From Thalassotalea sp. (lineage in GTDB: Bacteria; Pseudomonadota; Gammaproteobacteria; Enterobacterales; Alteromonadaceae), in the NCBI GenBank assembly GCA_051251725.1, contig JBPOFN010000018.1:15811-79810 (forward strand): DNA of 64,000 nucleotides, given 5' to 3'. Positions 10,315 through 18,082 of the stretch are shown here, one piece after another (positions within the stretch are counted from its first letter, which is position 1; each line of letters starts with the position of its first letter). The notes below the pieces were generated by a model. The model was not told the origin of the DNA. It saw only the letters and a program-made list of their open reading frames with translations, and made no database searches. Both the position numbers and the translations under genes were made by a program.

Positions 10315-12918
10315 ATGTTTTTTAAATCATCCAAAGCTTTAGTTGTGATAATCATGACATCAAGCTTTCTTTGTTCTGTTGCGTCAGCTAAGGATTATGA
10401 TCCTAAGTTACATGAAAAAGTTGCTCCTTTGTCTCCTGAAGCAAGTTTAAAAACTATGGTCGTGCAAGAAGGCTATTCAATGGAAATAGTTGCAGCTGAG
10501 CCATTAATAGAAGAGCCGGTAACCATGGCCTATGATGGTAATGGGCGTATTTACGTCGCTGAAATGCTTACCTACATGTTAGATGCTGATAGCACAGGCA
10601 CATTTAATTCTATTAGTCGTATTAAGCGTTTGGAAGATAAAGACGGTGATGGCCTTTTTGAAAGTTATTCTATCTTTGCCGATAACTTGCTTTTGCCTCG
10701 GATGATTTTAACATTAGATGATGGTCGTATTATTGTTCGTGAAACCAATACCTTAGATTTATTGTTATTAACCGACACTAATGGTGATGGTATTGCTGAT
10801 TTAAGAGAAACTATTTATCAAGGTGGTAAACGAGGCGGTAATTTAGAGCATCAACCGAGTGGTCTTATTTATGGTTTAGATAATTGGCTTTATGTTACAT
10901 ATACTAATAAACGCTACAAATTCACTGATGGTAAAATCATTTCCCAAGAAATTCCTTATGGCGGTGGTCAATGGGGCTTAACTCAAGATCACCTTGGTCG
11001 ATTATACTATTCTGCAGCCGGTGGACAAGATCCTGCGTTCACCTTTCAAGCGCCTAGTGTTTATGGCCAAGTGAGCGTGGCAGGCGAACAAGCTAAAGGT
11101 TTTAGAGAAGTTTTTCCACTTGATAACACACCTGATGTGCAAGGGGGGAAAAAAATGTTACGCCCCGACAATACCTTAAATCACTTTACTGGCGGTGGTG
11201 GTCAGTCGGTGTACCTTGGTGGTCTTTTTGATGATATGCAAGGGGATTACATTATAGCTGAGCCGGTAGGTAACTTAATTCGCCGTGCTAAAATCACCCG
11301 TGAAGAAGGCGTGACTGTGCTGAGTCATCAATACCAAAGTCAACGTAAAGAGTTTATTGCTTCAACAGACGCTAACTTTAGACCGGTATGGACAGCAACA
11401 GCACCTGATGGCTCACTGATGATTTTAGACATGTATCGAGGCATCATTCAAGAAGGAAACTGGACTAAAGAAGGTTCTTATCTTCGTGGTGTTATTGATA
11501 ACTATGGCTTTGATAAAACCATTGGTCGCGGTCGCTTATTTCGTGTGAAAAAAGACGACGTAGCATTAACCAAATTACCTAAAATGTTTGATAAAAAGCC
11601 AGAGCAATTAATTCAATACTTGAGTCATGATAATCAGTGGTGGCGAATTGAAGCGCAAAAGTTAATTGTATTAAAAAGTACAAGTAGTGATGTGAAATTG
11701 GTTGCAGCGTTGCAAGAACTTGCGCGTAATAATAAGGCACCTTTGGCTCAAATACATGCGTTATGGACACTTGAAGGTTTAGGGGTTTTAGATAAAAGCA
11801 TATTAACTGAGCTATTCAATAGTGAACACAGTGATGTCCGTGTTACTGCTATTCGTATTTCTGAACAACTGGTTGCTGCCGGTGATAAATCCATCACTGA
11901 AAAATGGCTTACCTTAGCCAGTGACAAAGATGTTGAAGTGGCTCAACAAGCTATTTTGTCAGCGTATTATGTTTATAGTGATAATCATCAAGCGATATTA
12001 AAAGCGGCTAAAAAATCTCATCCAAATAAAAAAGGCGTGTTAGCAATAGAGCAAGCTATGGCTAAACTTATTGCTCATAATGAAAAACGTCGCAAACTTG
12101 CCGAAGGTGATAAAAAGCTGGCTGCTGCAGTAATAGCCGGTGAAAATGCATTCAAAGGCTTGTGTTATACCTGTCATGGAGCTGATGGTAAAGGAGCACA
12201 TGCGGGCAATGATTTAGTAGCCCCGTCTTTTCATAACAACCCGAGAGTGATTGGTAATACCGCGGCGCTGATAAATTTAGTCAGCCATGGCATGCAAGGG
12301 CCAATTGATGGGATTAATTATGTTGGCGGTATGATGCCTTCGATCAGCTCTAATGGTGATGAATATGTTGCTAATGTTTTAACTTATATTCGCAATGACT
12401 TTGGCAATGAAGCAAGCTTAATAACGCCTGAAGATGTTGCTGCTGTTAAAAAAATGAATTATGCCCCTGCGGCAATGTGGACTCAAACTGAATTAGATAA
12501 AATGTTCGCTAACGATTTGACTGACAAACACCAATGGAAAGTCAGTACTAATTTTAAAGTACATCCAAGATTTGGTCTTGAAAACCTCACCGATAATAAA
12601 TTTCAACGACCATTCTTTAGCTCAAAAGGGAAGAGAGCTAAAGGCAATGCAATAACGATTGAATTACCTAAAGTAGCTATCGTATCAGAGGTTGTTCTCG
12701 ACTCTACTTTATTGACCGCTTTTTATTCTCGACATCATACTATTGAATTCTCTGAAGATGGAAGTAACTGGCTGACTGTGATTGAAAATCGTACGCCAGG
12801 TGAGATAAATAGAGAGCAAACCTTAGGGCATAAAGCAAAATATATTCGAATTACCAACCAAGTTAATGGGAAACCTTGGCGTATACATGAAGTAAGCTTG
12901 TTTGGTAGTTATTTGTAA
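10315..12918 (+). CDS. PVC-type heme-binding CxxCH protein (membrane-bound-dehydrogenase-like beta-propeller + HEAT + cytochrome c + discoidin-like C-terminus)
   Basis: 867 aa with a signal peptide. N-terminal block SPEASLKTMVVQEGYSMEIVAAEPLIEEPVTMAYDGNGRIYVAEM. HEAT-like DNQWWRIEAQKLIV..LWTLEGLG. Heme-c motif CYTCH at 12163..12177. C-terminal YIRITNQVNGKPWRIHEVSLFG is discoidin-like. Confidence 0.8.
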   Translation: MFFKSSKALVVIIMTSSFLCSVASAKDYDPKLHEKVAPLSPEASLKTMVVQEGYSMEIVAAEPLIEEPVTMAYDGNGRIYVAEMLTYMLDADSTGTFNSISRIKRLEDKDGDGLFESYSIFADNLLLPRMILTLDDGRIIVRETNTLDLLLLTDTNGDGIADLRETIYQGGKRGGNLEHQPSGLIYGLDNWLYVTYTNKRYKFTDGKIISQEIPYGGGQWGLTQDHLGRLYYSAAGGQDPAFTFQAPSVYGQVSVAGEQAKGFREVFPLDNTPDVQGGKKMLRPDNTLNHFTGGGGQSVYLGGLFDDMQGDYIIAEPVGNLIRRAKITREEGVTVLSHQYQSQRKEFIASTDANFRPVWTATAPDGSLMILDMYRGIIQEGNWTKEGSYLRGVIDNYGFDKTIGRGRLFRVKKDDVALTKLPKMFDKKPEQLIQYLSHDNQWWRIEAQKLIVLKSTSSDVKLVAALQELARNNKAPLAQIHALWTLEGLGVLDKSILTELFNSEHSDVRVTAIRISEQLVAAGDKSITEKWLTLASDKDVEVAQQAILSAYYVYSDNHQAILKAAKKSHPNKKGVLAIEQAMAKLIAHNEKRRKLAEGDKKLAAAVIAGENAFKGLCYTCHGADGKGAHAGNDLVAPSFHNNPRVIGNTAALINLVSHGMQGPIDGINYVGGMMPSISSNGDEYVANVLTYIRNDFGNEASLITPEDVAAVKKMNYAPAAMWTQTELDKMFANDLTDKHQWKVSTNFKVHPRFGLENLTDNKFQRPFFSSKGKRAKGNAITIELPKVAIVSEVVLDSTLLTAFYSRHHTIEFSEDGSNWLTVIENRTPGEINREQTLGHKAKYIRITNQVNGKPWRIHEVSLFGSYL

Positions 12919-12940
12919 TTTCTACCACGCTTAAAAAAAT

Positions 12941-12973
12941 AGCCCTTTCTATTCATTAGAAGGGGCTTTTTTT
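12941..12973. terminator. Rho-independent terminator, probably bidirectional
   Basis: Stem agccctttc / gaaggggct (one G-U pair) with a 9-nt loop, followed by a T7 run on the plus strand and preceded by an A7 run. It lies between convergent genes 10315..12918(+) and 13036..13812(-). Confidence 0.7.
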
Positions 12974-13035
12974 ATCAACGTTTATCTGGACGGGACAAAA
13001 TGTAAAGCCTTTACTTAGCGACTATTGATCTTTGA

Positions 13036-13812
13036 TTATTTTTGTATGGTGGTATTTAGGTTTTGACCGTACCTATGGTAAATTGGTGCTAAGAGATTTA
13101 ATTCTTTAGCTTTATAATAAATCGCGTTTACTTCTTCAACAGAGATAGAGGCATATTTAGGAACTAAAAAATGCCTCGAGTACTGGGTGTCAAACTTTTC
13201 CGATATAATGAGTTTTTCACGAGCATCAGGATTTGAAGTTAAAAACCAATCAATTGCAGACAAACTTGCAATACTGATATCACAACGCTTAAGTAGAGCC
13301 ATTTTGATTGATTCGGCTTCGGTTCTAATTAAACTTATATTATATTGAGATTTTAATTTTCGGTAATCTGTTTCGTAGTTGAAAAGTTTATAGTGATAAC
13401 CATTAACGGCACAGATTCTTTTATTTTTTAAATTATTGAAATAACTTTGATCTTTGTTTTCCGAAAAAAATGAAACGAAAGTATCCTTGGTAGTGAGCAG
13501 AGGAGTTGACTGGATCAATGAAAAATGTTCATCCCAACCCCATTGAATATTGTCCCACATAACAATATCTACCCAGCCTTCTCTTAGCGACTCCACTCGT
13601 CGAGCAATTGGAACAGGGATTAATTCAAACGTAAACTGGCTCTGGACTAGGTTAAATGCGTTGAGGATATCTATGCCCAACCCATTATTGTTAGCTAATA
13701 AAAAAGGAGGTCGAATTCCAGCGCCAACTTTAATATGAATTTTCTGACTGGTGGCTGAAAAGCTTAATATTAAGCACAGAATAATAGGTAATAGCGTTAT
13801 ATGATTACGCAT
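13036..13812 (-). CDS. periplasmic solute-binding protein family 3-like protein (orphan)
   Basis: 258 aa with a signal peptide. Overall pattern (PPFLL..., GLGIDILNA, ...RVESLREGWVDIVM...) resembles type-3 amino-acid/solute-binding proteins. No ABC permease or ATPase is nearby. Confidence 0.55.
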   Translation of the reverse strand: MRNHITLLPIILCLILSFSATSQKIHIKVGAGIRPPFLLANNNGLGIDILNAFNLVQSQFTFELIPVPIARRVESLREGWVDIVMWDNIQWGWDEHFSLIQSTPLLTTKDTFVSFFSENKDQSYFNNLKNKRICAVNGYHYKLFNYETDYRKLKSQYNISLIRTEAESIKMALLKRCDISIASLSAIDWFLTSNPDAREKLIISEKFDTQYSRHFLVPKYASISVEEVNAIYYKAKELNLLAPIYHRYGQNLNTTIQK

Positions 13813-14073
13813 TTAAATCTTCCTGGAGCTATCCCATTTTAAATAAAATGTACTCTATTGTATCGCAAAATGCGAGACACATATTTTTTGCAATTAGTGA
13901 TTTACATCACATCAGTTCTAGAGAAACCGAGCCTCTCGATAACGCCTAGCTGCGTTGTGTTTTTCTAGTAATACTCGCTATTACTAGAAAAATATCATTG
14001 TATATACGAAAATGTTGTCATCGAGTAAACATTAACATCAACATAACTTAATGTATATTTTAAGTGTTTGAAT

Positions 14074-14545
14074 TATTGATGAATTTCAATATAAGACGAC
14101 ACGCACTTTCCCGAATTCAGGTTAACTAATCTCAAGCGGCTAAAGTTATTTTTCTCAGCAAAGCTATACGTGCCTATCAGGGTAAGCTTCCAATAACTCG
14201 TTATGGGCTCTCCTAAATACCTGATAATCCAAAAATTTCGTTACTGAAATATTTAAAGGTGAATGATTATCTCTTTTTTTTGCAAAAGTCTGTAAATAAT
14301 CTTTATAAGCCAACAAATGATAAAACCTGTTAAACCATGTTTGTTAACTAATGCGTTTTTCAAAATGATTTAAATGAACTGCCGTGATGCAAAGTATAGT
14401 CTTTATCACTGAAGCTTTAATCTATCCTTTAAGTATCTTCTGCGTTGGTGTGAGTCACTGCTCCTGCAACCCATACGCCATCAGTATAACCATCAATACT
14501 CTTGACGACAAACCGCCATTGACGGTTGATGATTAAGTTGCAATG
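14074..14545 (-). pseudogene. decayed discoidin / F5-8 type C (fucolectin-like) domain remnant
   Basis: Hand translation of the minus strand 14545..14432 gives HCNLIINRQWRFVVKSIDGYTDGVWVAGAVTHTNAEDT followed by a stop at 14429..14431. This closely matches AIDGDTNGAWSGGSVTHTDAEDN in ORF 16595..18082. A second frame ending at 14074..14076 reads SRLRLVNLNSGKCVSSYIEIHQ*, like a discoidin C-terminus (compare YIRITNQVNGKPWRIHEVSLF). The frames are broken in between. Confidence 0.45.
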
Positions 14546-14565
14546 CTAATTAACAGTTAGTTACC

Positions 14566-15822
14566 TTATTCAGAAAGTGTAATGTATTCAGAGCTAACCA
14601 TTAACCCGCGAGTATCAGTTGCAGTAAAATAGATAGTTGTTGCGCCAGCAGGTACACTCGCGGTAATAGTATTTCCAGAAATAGTTGCATCAATCGCAAG
14701 CCAATATCTATCATACCAAGTACCATTATCTGTTGTATAAAGTAATTGTGCGCTGCTTAAACCTACGTTGGTAGTAAAAGTAACCATTGCTACCGATGAT
14801 ACATTAACAACGGGTGTGTCTAATTCGGGCATAGCTTGCGTACCTTTAATTACGGTATCTGCAAATGCGGCAATTTCTTCTAGCCGAGTGACATAAGTAT
14901 TGTTATGTCTTAGCCTAAGTGAATAACGTAACTTAGCGGAATACGAAAGCGCTTGTGAAGATTGCTTTGTAACAGGCATAGCAAAGTTACTGTCATTGGT
15001 ACCGTTAATCCAAAGTGTAGGAATTGTCACGTTTGAAAAATAACTTCGCCCATCAAAATTTTCATTAACAACCTCTCGAATCGCTTCATTTTGTAAAGCG
15101 AGACCTTGCGAGCCATCAGAATCAGATAAATAGCCACCACCATATACAGGTACCGCCCATTTTAATCGGTTATCAAGCCCGATAACCGTACTGGTTAAAG
15201 TGCCGCCCCAGCTTGTTCCTGTTATTCCTATTTTATCGCTATTAACTTCATCAAAAGAGCCAATTAAAGAAGTTGCGCTTATAACCTGAGCAACTGCATG
15301 GTAGTACCACTGTTCGTCTATCGGTAAATCGTAGTCTCCCCAAGTACCATACTTATCTGGCCCAGGGTTAGGCGTATTGGTTGTTCTATCAGGGTAATGA
15401 CCATGATGATCCATAGAAATGGCCGCATAACCGCGATCATTCCAGTATTGAACCCATGTAGGTAGCGCGGAGCCTTCACCACCATGAACATACACAGCGG
15501 CTGGCCAACCACCATCAGGCATAGTACCGCTGGGTGCACTGTAATAAGCAAATACTTCTACTTTTTGACCAAGATAATCGATAGATTCGTATAAAATCCC
15601 CGTCATACCTTCTTCAGCATAATCGGTTGTTATTGTATAAGCAGGTACACTTTTTAATTGTGTAATATCCCAAGGACCAATGTTAATGTCAGCGCTAGAG
15701 TCATTGCTTGTGCTTGTTTCATTACTAATGTCATTGCTAGTGCTGCTGTCACAGCCGTTCAAGCTAAAGAGTAATAATGTTATTGCAAGTAAATGTGTTT
15801 TTATTTTTATTAATTGGTACAT
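14566..15822 (-). CDS. lipoprotein alpha/beta-hydrolase esterase (AXE1 / dienelactone-hydrolase-like; acetyl esterase candidate)
   Basis: 418 aa. Lipobox LFSLNGC, block AAVYVHGGEGS and nucleophile elbow GITGTSWGG. The C-terminal ~90 aa look like a beta-sandwich. Confidence 0.75.
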   Translation of the reverse strand: MYQLIKIKTHLLAITLLLFSLNGCDSSTSNDISNETSTSNDSSADINIGPWDITQLKSVPAYTITTDYAEEGMTGILYESIDYLGQKVEVFAYYSAPSGTMPDGGWPAAVYVHGGEGSALPTWVQYWNDRGYAAISMDHHGHYPDRTTNTPNPGPDKYGTWGDYDLPIDEQWYYHAVAQVISATSLIGSFDEVNSDKIGITGTSWGGTLTSTVIGLDNRLKWAVPVYGGGYLSDSDGSQGLALQNEAIREVVNENFDGRSYFSNVTIPTLWINGTNDSNFAMPVTKQSSQALSYSAKLRYSLRLRHNNTYVTRLEEIAAFADTVIKGTQAMPELDTPVVNVSSVAMVTFTTNVGLSSAQLLYTTDNGTWYDRYWLAIDATISGNTITASVPAGATTIYFTATDTRGLMVSSEYITLSE

Positions 15823-16423
15823 ATGAGTTACTTAGTGAATTAGTGGGCGATTTTATTGTTTTTTTCTCAGTAAATTTTTTCAAAAGAAACTGATATTTAA
15901 GCTAATCAATTTTTACACAGCGTTCACCTCCCTACAAGTAAAATACCGCCAAAACATTGTTTAATTATAAATAATAGCCATAATAAAATAATTAAGTAGT
16001 AATTAAAAATACATTAAATATAATTTTTCTTGTTAATAATAAAAATAAATAAATATAATTTATCAATTATTAAACAATGATCTATCTAATTAATTATTAA
16101 TATTTATAATGTACTCTTATATTTCCATCTTAATAAAAATACTATATTTTCTTGATAATAACTGAGTAGTAATATATAAACATACTGGTCATTATATGAG
16201 CAAGTTATAATGTACTGACGAATGATATTGCTTCTAGTTCACTGGTAAAAACTTAAAGTTAAACTTGTAATAACAAAATATAAAGACACCTACTACGTTG
16301 AAAAAACTGAGTCAGGGGATGTTACATATGCTTGATGAATCACGCTTATGCGAGTCTGTTTTTTGTCAGAACTTGTGACATATGACGAAGACAATAATTA
16401 TAATAAAAATAGGAAAAACCACA

Positions 16424-18082
16424 TTGAAAACAAATATAAAAATAAAAAACATCTTAACTTTGTGTTGGTTAGCTATTATATCGCTACATTCAATCAATGC
16501 TTTTGCCGCAGGCGAAAATGCACAATGGATGAAAGGATCGTGGGGATTAAACTGGAAACCGGTTTAGTACACCAACGAACATGTTGATAAAGACATGTCG
16601 ATAGAACCTTTTTTAGCGCAGATAAAAGACTTAAAGACTATTGATTACATTCAAATTCACTTAAATGAGTCGTATATTTATGCTGCTGCCCATACAGCAC
16701 CTCATGACGTACTTGAAAGTCTTTGGCAAGGTGACCTTGATACAGATGGCACACCAAAGAATCTTATTGTGCCACGTGCATCAACAGGCAAAGACCAATT
16801 TTTAGAATGGTTAACTGCAATTAAAGCTAGAGGATTAAAAACTCAAGTTTATGTCAACTCTGGTCACTTATTATGGGATTTACCTGATGAACTCGCTGAT
16901 GTAGGTGATAGGTTTAAAACATGGTGTGATACAGATTCATCGGCAAGATGGTACATAAATAAGTATGAATTCCGTCAAAGTACTGAGACTTACCCAGACA
17001 GACAATATATGTTTTGTTATGCGCGATTTATCCTTCAAGAATATTCGTTACGCTACGGTGATCTCATTGATTCGTGGATATTTGATACTGCAAGTTTCAT
17101 GAAAACTAATGGCGATCTTCAAACAAGTACAGATGTCGATGATCAACGTATCTTTCAAGTGTTTTCAAGCGCAGCAAAATCAGGTAACGCTAACGCGGCA
17201 GTTTCTTTCAACCAAGGCGTAGGTGAAAGAGAAGGTCCAGACTCTCCGTTTGCAGTACCATCAATGTTTGACGATTATACCTTTGGCCATCCTTTTGGTG
17301 GTGCTGGAGATATGCTTGAGGGAATATTATACGATTATAATTACCGTGTAATGACTTGGATGCATGATTATGAAGGCTATGCGTTTAGAGCGGATAATGA
17401 CTATACCAATGATGATGTTATTTCTCATTTTGACCCTAAAATGAGTACTACTGCATGGAATAGAGGGGCTACACCAGCTTTTACCAACGATCAATTTGTT
17501 GCATGGAATGCAATGGGACTTATTAATGGCGGTGCTATCACTTGGGGCGCACCATTAAAAGTACCATTTATGAATAGAGACGAATCAACAATTAATTTAA
17601 CCATGCATGACTATGCTGTTGAGCAATTAACTTTGATGGACAACCATTTACATATATATCAAGATAATGACGGCAACGTTGCCTTAGCTGGTACTGCAGA
17701 GCAGTCATCTACAACCAATGGCGGTGATGCTTCACGTGCTATTGATGGTGATACTAATGGTGCATGGAGTGGTGGTTCTGTTACACATACCGACGCTGAA
17801 GATAATGCTTGGTGGGAAGTATACCTTGATGCTGAAGTAACGTTAGATCGTATTGTTATTCACAATCGCACTGATGCTTGTTGTACAGAAAGATTATCAA
17901 GCTTTATCGTCTTTGTATGGGATGAGTCTGGTACTCGTACATTAAGAAAAGTGATTTCAACCGCACCTGATTCGTCAGTTACTATTGATGCAAGTGATTT
18001 AAAGGGCTATAGAATCAGAATTAAGTCGACCGTAGCGGCAACAGCGTTAAATTTGGCTGAAGTTCAGGTTTTTGCTAAATAA
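16424..18082 (+). pseudogene. candidate endo-fucanase (GH107-like) gene interrupted by one in-frame TAG (16565..16567)
   Basis: The ORF ending at 16567 and ORF 16595..18082 are in the same frame, reading ...GSWGLNWKPV*YTNEHVDKDMSIEPF... The upstream piece carries the only signal peptide (ILTLCWLAIISLHSINAFA). Its AAGENAQWMKGSWG matches AAGERAASIRGEWFG of the paralog 49728..52619. The likely true start is TTG 16424, preceded by AGGA at 16411. This is either a nonsense pseudogene or a sequencing error. Confidence 0.5.
16595..18082 (+). CDS. candidate endo-alpha-L-fucanase catalytic domain (GH107-like) + discoidin/fucolectin-type domain; lacks its own signal peptide
   Basis: 495 aa. Blocks are shared with 49728..52619: YPDRQYMFCYARFILQEYSLRYGDLIDSWIFD and FDDYTFGHPFGG. 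The C-terminal ~135 aa (from ~17675) is discoidin-like: RAIDGDTNGAWSGGSVTHTDAEDNAWWEV...LNLAEVQVFA. Confidence 0.7.
   Translation: MSIEPFLAQIKDLKTIDYIQIHLNESYIYAAAHTAPHDVLESLWQGDLDTDGTPKNLIVPRASTGKDQFLEWLTAIKARGLKTQVYVNSGHLLWDLPDELADVGDRFKTWCDTDSSARWYINKYEFRQSTETYPDRQYMFCYARFILQEYSLRYGDLIDSWIFDTASFMKTNGDLQTSTDVDDQRIFQVFSSAAKSGNANAAVSFNQGVGEREGPDSPFAVPSMFDDYTFGHPFGGAGDMLEGILYDYNYRVMTWMHDYEGYAFRADNDYTNDDVISHFDPKMSTTAWNRGATPAFTNDQFVAWNAMGLINGGAITWGAPLKVPFMNRDESTINLTMHDYAVEQLTLMDNHLHIYQDNDGNVALAGTAEQSSTTNGGDASRAIDGDTNGAWSGGSVTHTDAEDNAWWEVYLDAEVTLDRIVIHNRTDACCTERLSSFIVFVWDESGTRTLRKVISTAPDSSVTIDASDLKGYRIRIKSTVAATALNLAEVQVFAK

Noticed and set aside
13961-13991. Perfect 13-bp inverted repeat ttttctagtaata(ctcgc)tattactagaaaa considered as a terminator.
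   Set aside because: No U-tract follows on either strand, and it lies ~150 nt upstream of the start of 13036..13812 rather than after a gene. It may be an operator, but there is no second copy or other support.
16565-16567. The in-frame TAG as programmed recoding (pyrrolysine or dedicated suppression).
   Set aside because: No pyl genes or recoding signals are visible, and the host appears to be a gammaproteobacterium. A nonsense mutation or sequencing error is far more parsimonious.
16348-16587. 79-aa ORF overlapping the signal-peptide segment of the fucanase candidate in another frame.
   Set aside because: The alternative frame (16382/16424..16567) gives a proper signal peptide and is homologous to the paralog. 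This frame looks like noise.
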